The position numbers and the translations under genes are program-made. The notes below the pieces were generated by a model, which was given only the letters and a program-made list of their open reading frames with translations, ran no database searches and was not told the origin of the DNA. From IMG/VR virus record IMGVR_UViG_2724679134_000002: a stretch of DNA of 64,000 nt. One strand, 5' to 3'. The stretch is from an uncultured virus (IMG/VR IMGVR_UViG_2724679134_000002). Its lineage: Duplodnaviria; Heunggongvirae; Uroviricota; Caudoviricetes. Positions within the stretch are counted from its first letter, which is position 1; the number at the start of each line of letters is the position of its first letter. Positions 9,577-18,391 of this stretch are shown here, in pieces.

Positions 9577-10002
9577 ATGAAACGATTTATTTTAATTTTA
9601 TCCTTAATAAGTATTATTGTTGCCTATCCCATTCAAACAAACGCCAGTCCAATGCCTTGTAGTGTAATACTGGAACCGGTAGATAAAAATCTTAAAAATG
9701 CTAAAGGTGTAGCATTAAACTATAAGGTGCAATTGAACCCACCGAGTGCTGCCAGAACTAATATAAGCATTCTTGCTGTCCATCTTCCTGCACCTTCTTC
9801 TTTTGGAAATTACGACAGTTACGAAGGATTTGCTACTAAACCAGGTGAGATTAGTTGGCGGTTTAAACTTTATCCCACTCCTGAGGAAGAGAGCCCAAGT
9901 TGGGCGGGAAGATTTGACTTAATTACAGCCGAAATGAAGAATGTTAAAGTTCAAGTACGTCTTTCGAATTCTAGAACCCAACAGTTGGGCCAAGTGTATT
10001 AA
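9577..10002 (+). CDS. yoqH: YoqH-like secreted protein; probable 1-nt deletion near the C-terminus
   Basis: Signal peptide then SPMPCSVILEP; shifted frame continues SVLTNNIQSCD*. Confidence 0.75.
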   Translation: MKRFILILSLISIIVAYPIQTNASPMPCSVILEPVDKNLKNAKGVALNYKVQLNPPSAARTNISILAVHLPAPSSFGNYDSYEGFATKPGEISWRFKLYPTPEEESPSWAGRFDLITAEMKNVKVQVRLSNSRTQQLGQVY

Positions 10003-10079
10003 CGAATAATATTCAATCTTGTGATTAGAAGTTATTTGAGGCCACAACAGTGTAAAACAAATGGATTGGATTGAAGTGA

Positions 10080-10274
10080 ATGATTAAATCGATTATTTTG
10101 CCTGAAGAGAATACAAAAATAACTGTCGGAAAACCAATAAGCGAAGAATCAAATACAAAGGTAATTGCAATTTATGACTATAGAGATGAACCTGAGGAAG
10201 CTTTTTGGGTGCACTTATCAAATGGGCACGATCTGTTTGTAGACAATGATGAGGTCGTTGTTGTATACGAATAA
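10080..10274 (+). CDS. yoqI: YoqI-like small protein
   Basis: MIKSIILPEENTKITVGKPI; follows yoqH. Confidence 0.65.
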   Translation: MIKSIILPEENTKITVGKPISEESNTKVIAIYDYRDEPEEAFWVHLSNGHDLFVDNDEVVVVYE

Positions 10275-10317
10275 ACTTATGGATCTGTATAAAAAGACTG
10301 TTTTATATAGAGAAGGG

Positions 10318-10509
10318 ATGAACTACTTAATGGATGGAAATCTTGCTATGGCTGATCACATAGTGTGGGAAACTGAGCTAGAAAATAACATTGGAATGGA
10401 TATTGTTACATATATGGAGCAGCATGGTGTCTCTAAGGCCGAAGCCGAAAAGGCTATTCTACCTTTGTATGAAGAAGAATTAAAAGCGTTGGAAAATAAA
10501 TCACAATAA
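10318..10509 (+). CDS. Small acidic protein
   Basis: Between junction motifs 10290 and 10507; start 10318 or 10330. Confidence 0.55.
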   Translation: MNYLMDGNLAMADHIVWETELENNIGMDIVTYMEQHGVSKAEAEKAILPLYEEELKALENKSQ

Positions 10510-10641
10510 AAGGATTATTTTATCTAGAGAGGACTGGACAAAATAATCAATAATAATACTCTATCGTAAGTTCATATTTTATATTACTTCGAAGAAAAAC
10601 ATTGAATTTAAAAAGGGAGCTAGAAGCCCCCAATTGCGATC

Positions 10642-10923
10642 TTATATTCGTACACCTTCATAGTGCCCAATCCAATATCCATCTGAAACTTTCGTAATAC
10701 CTTTTAAATACCAGCGATATCCGCCGTCTTCAAATGAGTTGGCAAAAATACCTGTACTGCTAGGTAAATCCCAAGTGATAGCTTGAGCTTTAAAATCATC
10801 ACTTGCAACATTAGCTATTCCCTGATCCGGGCTTGGGCTTGTACTTGCAGCGAATGCTGGAGATGCTGAAACAAGTAAACCTATAGATAATGCAACACCT
10901 GTTAATGCTTTTTTGTAACTCAT
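10642..10923 (-). CDS. yoqM: Secreted LCI-like antimicrobial peptide precursor (YoqM-like)
   Basis: Signal peptide; mature part resembles LCI (F..SF..G..W..K...GYW.G.YE). Confidence 0.7.
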   Translation of the reverse strand: MSYKKALTGVALSIGLLVSASPAFAASTSPSPDQGIANVASDDFKAQAITWDLPSSTGIFANSFEDGGYRWYLKGITKVSDGYWIGHYEGVRI

Positions 10924-11127
10924 GTAAATCCCCCATTCTTATAATTTTTTCTTTCAATTACATTATATGGTTTTTGTGGATAGGGAAATAGCGAAATTAC
11001 TCCCATATATATGGAAATTGTGTGTCGGTTAATGTCGTGATAGATGAGAAGGCAAATGGAGAGATGGATTATAGGATGGAATCATAAAAAATATAGAATA
11101 AAAATAAAATAAGCGGAGGTTATATTA

Positions 11128-11343
11128 GTGATGAAGATGAATCTGCATAGCAACCAGGTTGATGAAATTATAGGAGAGTATTACGCTGCTAAAGGATATT
11201 CAGTTCAGAGCATTGATCGCCAGGAAAATGGCCAAATGATTGTTGTTACGGAGCGAGTAGCAGAGGTGAAGGAACCAGCAAAAGCTGATATCGCATTTGA
11301 TTTTGTACATAGAAGACGGCATAAGAAGAAATATTTAGCTTAA
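11128..11343 (+). CDS. yoqN: YoqN-like small protein
   Basis: GGAGG RBS; synteny. Confidence 0.6.
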   Translation: MMKMNLHSNQVDEIIGEYYAAKGYSVQSIDRQENGQMIVVTERVAEVKEPAKADIAFDFVHRRRHKKKYLA

Positions 11344-11356
11344 AAAAGGCAAAGAG

Positions 11357-11731
11357 TCAAAGCTCTTTACCATCAGGTGTTTTCCTTAACCGATCTGCCA
11401 TATACTTAATTAAACTTAGCGCAGCAGACACTAATACAATAACTAAGACAATCTCAAGTAAAATGATAAGGCCCATATTTAAGCCATGGCTCTCAAAATA
11501 ATCACCAGTTATAGAGAGCAATTCATAAATTCCAAGCATTAATACAATGAAGGAAGAGCCTATAATAGCCAAAGACTTTTTAGAGAACTCCTTAGTATGT
11601 TCAAAATTATAAATCAATAAGAACAAAAATAGACAAGCCATAGCGATCTTTTTAGTCAATGAATCACTTGTTGAAAACCCTGACACAATTAAGGAGATAA
11701 TTAATCCAGCCATTCCGATTATTTTATTCAT
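11357..11731 (-). CDS. yoqO: YoqO-like membrane protein
   Basis: About four hydrophobic segments; 124 aa; synteny. Confidence 0.65.
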   Translation of the reverse strand: MNKIIGMAGLIISLIVSGFSTSDSLTKKIAMACLFLFLLIYNFEHTKEFSKKSLAIIGSSFIVLMLGIYELLSITGDYFESHGLNMGLIILLEIVLVIVLVSAALSLIKYMADRLRKTPDGKEL

Positions 11732-11852
11732 GACATCACCTGCTTTGTATAAGTATGATCTGGTGTCAGCTTACCAATTAAAGGGGATTTTCTCAAGATG
11801 ATACACATTAAAGTTAAATTAAAATCGTGATTTTAAAGGAAGAGGTGAAGTA

Positions 11853-12050
11853 TTGAAATTCATAGAATTAACTAAACCAAATGATGAAAAAATTGTGATT
11901 AATTTTAATAAAGTTATAAGTTTTGCAGTTGATCCAAATGATAAAACAGGCTGTCAAATTGTTACAGATGATACCCATTTTACAAATGTTGTTGAAAGCT
12001 ATGATTTTGTTAAAAAAATGATAAGGAGATTGGGCAATGACCCATTATAG
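11853..12050 (+). CDS. Small phage protein
   Basis: GAGGTG RBS just after motif 11820; MKFIELT. Confidence 0.6.
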   Translation: MKFIELTKPNDEKIVINFNKVISFAVDPNDKTGCQIVTDDTHFTNVVESYDFVKKMIRRLGNDPL

Positions 12051-12290
12051 AAAAAAGCCAGTTGTTGTTGAAGCAATGCTTTATAAAGGTGAGTGTAATT
12101 ATAAAGATGTATGTGCATTTGTTGATGAGGAATTGTTTATGGAATATCACGAAACAGATCAGATTTTAATAGTGCCTAATGTAGCAGGCGAATTGCGTGC
12201 AGACAAAGGCGATTTCATTATTAAAGGCTTAGATGGCGAGTTTTACCCTTGAAGCCTAACATATTTGATCAGACGTATTAGAAAGTCTAA
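12037..12290 (+). pseudogene. Conserved phage protein (YRKKPVVVEA family), disrupted at the C-terminus
   Basis: Stops at GEFYP; shifted frame gives KPNIFDQTY* matching the family tail YPCKPDIF..TY. Confidence 0.65.
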
Positions 12291-12330
12291 ATAAAAGATA
12301 GTTTTTAATCAGTTATTAGGAGGAAACGAA

Positions 12331-12863
12331 ATGAACGTAAATATAAAACGCTTATCACCGGACGCACAGATTCCGGCCTACGCATACGCAACGGACGCTG
12401 GCTTCGATCTAGTCGCGGCGTCCGACGTAATTATCGAACCAGGCGAGACATCGCTCGTGCCAACGGGCTTGGCGTTCGAGATTCCGGAGGGCTACGAAAT
12501 GCAGATCCGACCGCGATCCGGTATTACGCTGAAGACTAAATTACGCGTGCAGATCGGTACGGTTGACGCAGGCTATCGAGGAGAGGTCGGAGTGATTGTC
12601 GATAATATTGCGCTACCTTCGTTGTATATCAACGAAACGATATGACTATCGGAATACAATTCGACCAACACCCGTTAAGGATTGACGGAAAGAGAGAACC
12701 TTCGATATCCGATGAACAAGAGTATACGTACATCATCCGCAAAGGCGATCGTATCGCGCAAGCGGTAATCAAGCCGGTCGAGCAGGCGGTGTTTACGGAA
12801 GTTGATGCGCTCGGCGATAGCGATCGAGATGCGTGTGGTTTCGGGAGTAGCGGGGTTAACTAA
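12331..12863 (+). pseudogene. dut: Trimeric dUTPase split into two ORFs (12331-12645, 12642-12863)
   Basis: AGFDL, RPRSG, GTVDAGYRGE in ORF1; KGDRIAQ and degenerate RDACGFGSSG in ORF2. Confidence 0.8.
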
Positions 12864-13227
12864 TTCCAAGCTTGGCTTTAACTATGTTGCTAGCAAGCTC
12901 TGAAATTATGCTCAAAGAAGCTGCGCCTCCGACTTTAGACAGATGGGATTTTGTTTCAGACCATATACTATTCCCACGCACATTGTCCAGGAATTGGTGG
13001 CCGTAATATGTAATCTCAGAAACATCTAAACCGCCACCCATATATGAAAAGGATTTAATGAAACCAGCCTCACTAAGCTTATTAACAGTGTACAAAATAT
13101 CATCATGGTTATAGCTTGTCATTGAAGAAAGGTCAGCAATTTCCGAAATACTTAATGTTTGATTTAATTTTAGGTTTTCTTCGAGTCCGAGCAGTAAATC
13201 CCTTATGCAATCATACTTTAATTCCAT
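12856..13227 (-). CDS. DUF2513-like winged-helix protein
   Basis: DCIRDLLL...L.EAGFI...ITY.GHQFLDNVR...W. Confidence 0.7.
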   Translation of the reverse strand: MELKYDCIRDLLLGLEENLKLNQTLSISEIADLSSMTSYNHDDILYTVNKLSEAGFIKSFSYMGGGLDVSEITYYGHQFLDNVRGNSIWSETKSHLSKVGGAASLSIISELASNIVKAKLGIS

Positions 13228-13455
13228 CTTATCACCCTTTCAAAGTATATATTAAATTGTAACATGGAACGGGTTAATCAATATAAGGCATTGATTATAG
13301 AAAATAGCAACGGATTATTACTTAGGAAAGAAAAAATGATTTTTTCAATAAACATAAAATAGTTATTTTAACAATAAATTACCTAATTGATCAATGTACT
13401 AAATTTTCATTTGGTGTGTAATAGCGAGTCACTAAGGAATTATGTAACGGAGAGA

Positions 13456-14268
13456 TTATACTCTCCAGGATTCGAAGGAAGGTATGCGGAGTTTGCCGTG
13501 CTTAGTCTTAAATCTGTGCTTAACCTTACATAAAATAGGCTCAATAAATACATATTCATCAGATTCAGACTTTACTTGCTTCATAGAATGAAACTTGCAA
13601 CGTTCTGCATGTGGCATGAATTCCATAAACCCAGCTGCAGTTCCATCGGGATAGGATAGAAGGAATTTTATATCCTTTTTGGTGTAGCCGGTAATAAGAA
13701 CTTCGGTGTAATCGTAATTGATCACTTTCAGCCAATTATGTGAACGTTTATTGATCTCATAAGGGGAGTCAGCTTTTTTGAGTACGATTCCCTCTAAGTT
13801 CTTTTCTTGGGCCAGGTTAAAGTAAGCTAGTCCGTTACCTTGAATTCCTTCGATTACAAAGACATTTGGATGATTTAGCTCAAGTGAGTTTAGAACTGTC
13901 TTACGCTCAGTGAGTGGCTTAGCTGCCATTGACTGACCGTCTTTGTAAATAACATCAAAGACACAGTAAACAATCTTATGGGCTGATTTTTTGGACATGA
14001 AACGTTCCATTACAGCCTCAAAGTCAGGAGCACCGCCTGGAGCAGCTACAATTACTTCACCATCGAGTACTGTTCCATCTGGAATATCTAAGTCCAAGAG
14101 TTCTGGAAACTTGCTTGTTACTTCGTTGTTGTGACGAGTGTATAGCTTAATCTGATTATCAAATTTAGAAAGGATGAGTCTGATTCCATCAAATTTGAGC
14201 TCAGTAATATAATTCTCGTCGTCAAAAGGCTCTTTTATTGAATGCAATAGCATTGGCGATACAAACAA
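13456..14268 (-). CDS. ligB: ATP-dependent DNA ligase
   Basis: ELKFDGIR, LDGE, FD, EGIVLK, WLK motifs. Confidence 0.95.
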   Translation of the reverse strand: MFVSPMLLHSIKEPFDDENYITELKFDGIRLILSKFDNQIKLYTRHNNEVTSKFPELLDLDIPDGTVLDGEVIVAAPGGAPDFEAVMERFMSKKSAHKIVYCVFDVIYKDGQSMAAKPLTERKTVLNSLELNHPNVFVIEGIQGNGLAYFNLAQEKNLEGIVLKKADSPYEINKRSHNWLKVINYDYTEVLITGYTKKDIKFLLSYPDGTAAGFMEFMPHAERCKFHSMKQVKSESDEYVFIEPILCKVKHRFKTKHGKLRIPSFESWRV

Positions 14269-14337
14269 AATATCACCTCCTACTTAGAACATATTAGCTA
14301 AGCGAAGGTGATATATAAAGCGATATGGCAGTGGTAC

Positions 14338-15012
14338 TTAATGGGATTCAATGAGCTCAGGTGAATTGTTTTTAGGTGAATTCACTAAGGATGAAACCTG
14401 GTATGCTTCCATGTCATTAGGATCGTATGGCTGCAGTAAGCTTTGTAGATAGTCAGGATCAGTATTTTTAGGGTTAAGCCATTCTTTTTCGTTCACATCA
14501 GTTAGGATAACTGGCATCCGATCATGAATGTCTTCCATAAGCTCATTAGGCTTTGTTGTGATGATTGTGCATGTGTACAACGGATTGCCTTCTGGCGTGT
14601 TCCACTTTTCATATAAGCCGGCAAAAGCGAAGAGATTAGATGATTTAAGCTTAATCCGCATAGGAATCTTAGTCTTTGGATCAAGACGCTTCCATTCATA
14701 AAAACTGTCAGCGGGTATGATACAACGTTTGCTGACGAGTGGCTTTCGAAAACTTGGTTTCTCGGCCAATGTTTCAGCTCGAGCATTGATCATTTTATAG
14801 CCGATCTTTTCGTCTTTAGCCCAAGGAGGGATAAGACCCCATCTAAGTTTGCCCAGACGGTTATTGGATCCATCGTTGATAATTGTCAGGATGTTTTGTG
14901 AAGGAGCGACATTATAGCAAGGGTGATATTCACCTTCGGGTAAGAATTGATCTATGTTGAATTGCTCGATGATGTCATCAAACTCAGAAAATAAAGTGAA
15001 CCTGCCACACAT
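14338..15012 (-). CDS. yoqW: SRAP/HMCES abasic-site protein (YoqW-like)
   Basis: MCGRF N-terminus, INARAET, IHDRMPVIL. Confidence 0.95.
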   Translation of the reverse strand: MCGRFTLFSEFDDIIEQFNIDQFLPEGEYHPCYNVAPSQNILTIINDGSNNRLGKLRWGLIPPWAKDEKIGYKMINARAETLAEKPSFRKPLVSKRCIIPADSFYEWKRLDPKTKIPMRIKLKSSNLFAFAGLYEKWNTPEGNPLYTCTIITTKPNELMEDIHDRMPVILTDVNEKEWLNPKNTDPDYLQSLLQPYDPNDMEAYQVSSLVNSPKNNSPELIESH

Positions 15013-15082
15013 GTTCATCATCCTTTAGGGTTTTTGAATATTGTACAGGCTTGATACACGAAAATCAAAAAGGAGGAATGTG

Positions 15083-15304
15083 ATGCAGCAGCAAACAGTT
15101 GAGGTTAAGGAAGTTGAAGTGTTAATCAAAGGAATATGGAAAAAGAAAAAGTTCACTGACATTCAAAAGGGGCAAACCTTTAAGATTGAGGAGAATGAGA
15201 GAGTAAAGAAGTACATAGCAAGAACAAATCCTTATTGGGATGACATGTATGAGACTTACATAATTGATTTGTTGGATAAAAATAAAATTAGAAGATCTAG
15301 ATAA
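15083..15304 (+). CDS. yoqX: YoqX-like small protein
   Basis: GGAGG RBS; synteny. Confidence 0.6.
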   Translation: MQQQTVEVKEVEVLIKGIWKKKKFTDIQKGQTFKIEENERVKKYIARTNPYWDDMYETYIIDLLDKNKIRRSR

Positions 15305-15353
15305 AACAGAGATTTTATAAAGCTAAAAATAAATTGAAAATGAGGTAAGGAAA

Positions 15354-15500
15354 TTGAGATACAGAGCGAAAGTGAAAGCGGTAGCCGAAATGGAAGTATG
15401 GGTGGATGAAGATGCCGCAGGAAATATCGAAATAGAATACGTTGAATATGTTGATGAAATAGAGGATTTTGAAAATGTTAGACCAATGGACGGGAGGTAA
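15354..15500 (+). CDS. 48-aa acidic protein (not in ORF track)
   Basis: GAGGT RBS, TTG start, stop coupled to the next ATG. Confidence 0.5.
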   Translation: MRYRAKVKAVAEMEVWVDEDAAGNIEIEYVEYVDEIEDFENVRPMDGR

Positions 15501-15901
15501 TGAGAATGGACATTATCAAGATTCGTTACACATTCAGGCATAAAGGCAGCGGCAACATTGAAATGAAATGGTACAGCATCGGGCAATTGGAAGAAAAGGC
15601 CGCAGCCAAGTTGTCTCCGGTATTCTCAGATGAATATGAATTAATCAGCCGGGATTTATACACCGGATTTAAGGACAAGAACGGCCGGGAGATTTATGAG
15701 GGGGACATTGTGAAAGTCACTAACGGCGCGGAAGAGTTAGGCAAAGTTGATACCGGTATAGGAAAAGTTGAATGGCTTACTAAATGGGGATTTTGGAACG
15801 TTTCAAAAATAGAAAATGGTCTGGGCGATTTGCTTTTTAACGGTTATGTGGAAGTCATCGGCAACATTTATGAAGATCCTGAGCTTTTGGAGTATAAATA
15901 A
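15500..15901 (+). CDS. YopX-family protein
   Basis: YTGFKDKNGREIYEGDIV, EVIGNIYEDPELL. Confidence 0.9.
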   Translation: MRMDIIKIRYTFRHKGSGNIEMKWYSIGQLEEKAAAKLSPVFSDEYELISRDLYTGFKDKNGREIYEGDIVKVTNGAEELGKVDTGIGKVEWLTKWGFWNVSKIENGLGDLLFNGYVEVIGNIYEDPELLEYK

Positions 15902-15934
15902 AAACGATATTTTAAACAGATAAGGAGTGTTCAA

Positions 15935-16312
15935 ATGAACTCAGAAGTAGCAAGAAATTACTTTGTGAAAAAGGGGCTTAGCTATGAAGACATTACGGAG
16001 GGAGACATTTGTGTTTTAGTTATGCTGCTGAATAAGCATGTTAAACAGGCAGTTAAAGCACAGACAATGTCTGTTGATACAATGAGAATGAGTCAGAAAA
16101 TAAAAAGCAAATATAATACAAACGGAACTCTAAAAAGTTGTTATCTTTACATAAACAGTCATTATTTTATCCAAAGGGAAGCTATTAGCTTTAATGAGGA
16201 TGGCTTTATTGGTTTTGCAGGTTGGGCAGACTCAGGTAATAAACAACCCATTATAAATGCTTTTGTTGAATGGGTTGTTTACATGAGTGAACAACTTAGA
16301 CAAATTAGTTAA
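15935..16312 (+). CDS. Conserved phage hypothetical protein
   Basis: REAISFNEDGFIGFAGWAD; flanked by junction motifs. Confidence 0.7.
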   Translation: MNSEVARNYFVKKGLSYEDITEGDICVLVMLLNKHVKQAVKAQTMSVDTMRMSQKIKSKYNTNGTLKSCYLYINSHYFIQREAISFNEDGFIGFAGWADSGNKQPIINAFVEWVVYMSEQLRQIS

Positions 16313-16345
16313 AAAGTGATTATTTAATCAGAAAGGAATTTTACA

Positions 16346-16492
16346 TTGTCTAATTACTACTGCAGTAAATGTAAAAAGGTTTGTGCAAAAAACGAAGTTA
16401 ATTTATTAGAAGGCATGTGGGAAGGGGATTGGGAAGAAGTACACTTAATATGTGGTGAGAAAGTCTCTTGGTTTTTGATCGAAAAGGAGTGA
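16346..16492 (+). CDS. 48-aa Cys-containing protein (not in ORF track)
   Basis: AAAGGA RBS, TTG start, YYCSKC. Confidence 0.45.
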   Translation: MSNYYCSKCKKVCAKNEVNLLEGMWEGDWEEVHLICGEKVSWFLIEKE

Positions 16493-16496
16493 AAGG

Positions 16497-17093
16497 ATGG
16501 ACTACATAGAAAAAGCGAAAAAAGAAATTAAAGATAATTGGTTTAAAAATCATGTTGCTGAAATCAGAGGCAATGAGGGGCTGCAGGTTATCTATTGGGA
16601 AAAGCCTGGGACATTTGAGTACCGAACAACGTTTGTATTGTCTGACAATAACATATTTATTTCTGGAGATATAGGTGAAGCAGTTTATAACCTAACATGT
16701 AGTGCCACATTAAAAAACATAAAAGAATTTGATCTTCGCTATTTAACTAGAAAACTGACAGCTCATTCAGATGAAAGATGGAGTTTTAACTACAAGAAGG
16801 CACTCAGGGAATTAGACGAATGGTATTTAGAGAGGAAAGATGACCAATTAGACGATTTGGATGAATTGCATGGAGATTTAAGGGAAGCAGCAATGAATTT
16901 TTCATTACATGAGCATTTTAAAACTGCAGTCTTTTCTATTTATGAGACCACTACAGCGCATTGGTTTGACACAGAAGAAGCAGAAAGTGTTTCTGATTTT
17001 GGCAGTGAGTTACCGCATCAATTTATTGCATACTGGGTTGGATTACAAATGGCAATTAAGCAGCTAGAAAAAACAAATACGAATTCTGCATAA
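16497..17093 (+). CDS. Conserved phage hypothetical protein
   Basis: AAGGAG RBS; IFISGDIGEAVY. Confidence 0.7.
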   Translation: MDYIEKAKKEIKDNWFKNHVAEIRGNEGLQVIYWEKPGTFEYRTTFVLSDNNIFISGDIGEAVYNLTCSATLKNIKEFDLRYLTRKLTAHSDERWSFNYKKALRELDEWYLERKDDQLDDLDELHGDLREAAMNFSLHEHFKTAVFSIYETTTAHWFDTEEAESVSDFGSELPHQFIAYWVGLQMAIKQLEKTNTNSA

Positions 17094-17188
17094 AAGTAAT
17101 TTTTTATTCAAAGGGGGTGTTCTTAATGTAATTCATATCGTTGCTTAAAAGTGAAATATAAGAAAGTATATAAGAAAGTGGGCGTTTT

Positions 17189-17548
17189 ATGTTTAAGGTA
17201 ATGAAGCTAAAGAGGGAAAATTACTCTCACTGTGTACTAATTCAATCACAAGAGTCCCTTCACAGTATGAAGGTTGATTTGGAAAGGTTTATTGCAAGAG
17301 AAAATATAGAAGGGAGAGTACTGCTTGATACTTTGTTTCATGCAGGAAATACATATGATCGTTTTTACGAGATAAAAATTAAACATGAAAAACTTAATTG
17401 GTCGATGTTGAAGGTTGTATCTGTTGAAAAGCAAAGTGAAATTAGAAAAAAAGTTGGGAGATTTCTTATGAATAATCCTAAGTTAGTCGAATCATCTACT
17501 TTGACTAATATCCAAAAACGGTTGCTGAGTGCAGGAATAGGAATATAA
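17189..17548 (+). CDS. Putative RnlB-family antitoxin (orphan)
   Basis: GRVLLDTLFHAGNTYDRFYE resembles the recalled RnlB pattern G.V..D.L...G....RF. Confidence 0.5.
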   Translation: MFKVMKLKRENYSHCVLIQSQESLHSMKVDLERFIARENIEGRVLLDTLFHAGNTYDRFYEIKIKHEKLNWSMLKVVSVEKQSEIRKKVGRFLMNNPKLVESSTLTNIQKRLLSAGIGI

Positions 17549-17569
17549 AAAAGGAGTGTTTTATTATTA

Positions 17570-18391
17570 ATGAATAAAAACAGAATAGAGGAAAGTCCAA
17601 ACAAGATATTTGGGGCAAAGAAGGGCAGCTTTGGACGGCAATCCCTTCTTCACCTGGCACTTCGCAAGGTTACGAAGCTACATAAGTATATCATAGTTAA
17701 GAAGACTTTTCCATTGTTGGCAGCGTTGTCTTCATTTCTGAATCCATGCAGTGTATTAGCGGCAGATAAGTACAATAACTTCGAGGAGTTAAAAGCAAAT
17801 GAATCACCACTTAGCTATAACATTTTCACAAATAATCTAGGTACACCAGTGTTAATTCTTGCTCCTCACGGTGGTGGAATAGAGGGAGGTACAAGTGAAT
17901 TAGCCAGGGAACTGAGTAAATCCCACTCTACTTATCTGTTTGAAGCATTGAAAACTTCAGGATCATCTGACCTACATATCACCAGTGCAAATTTTGACGA
18001 GCCACAAGCCTTAGAAATACTGAACAATCACGATTTGACCATTTCACTTCATGGTTATGCGTCTAGTGAGAAACACACATTAGTTGGGGGTACCGACAGA
18101 GAAAAAGCTGAACAGATGACAGCCGTACTAAATGATGCCGGTTTCTCTGCTGAGCTGCTACCGGTTGGAGCTCATTTAGCTGGAACAAATCCAAATAACA
18201 TTGCTAATAAGAATAAGACTGGAATGAGTATTCAGCTTGAGATAAGCACGGAGCAGCGTAGATCAATGTTTAACACTTTTTCATTAAAAGGGCGTGACGG
18301 GACTAAGAATGAAATGTTTTACGATTTTGTAAACGCTGTCTCACAGTTCATAGATGAAAATGTAGGTGGTTTGGCAGGTGAGGCAGCATGA
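17570..18391 (+). CDS. yoqZ: Poly-gamma-glutamate hydrolase (YoqZ/PghZ, DUF867)
   Basis: APHGGGIEGGTSE, HITSANFDEP, SLHG, QLEIS. Confidence 0.9.
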   Translation: MNKNRIEESPNKIFGAKKGSFGRQSLLHLALRKVTKLHKYIIVKKTFPLLAALSSFLNPCSVLAADKYNNFEELKANESPLSYNIFTNNLGTPVLILAPHGGGIEGGTSELARELSKSHSTYLFEALKTSGSSDLHITSANFDEPQALEILNNHDLTISLHGYASSEKHTLVGGTDREKAEQMTAVLNDAGFSAELLPVGAHLAGTNPNNIANKNKTGMSIQLEISTEQRRSMFNTFSLKGRDGTKNEMFYDFVNAVSQFIDENVGGLAGEAA

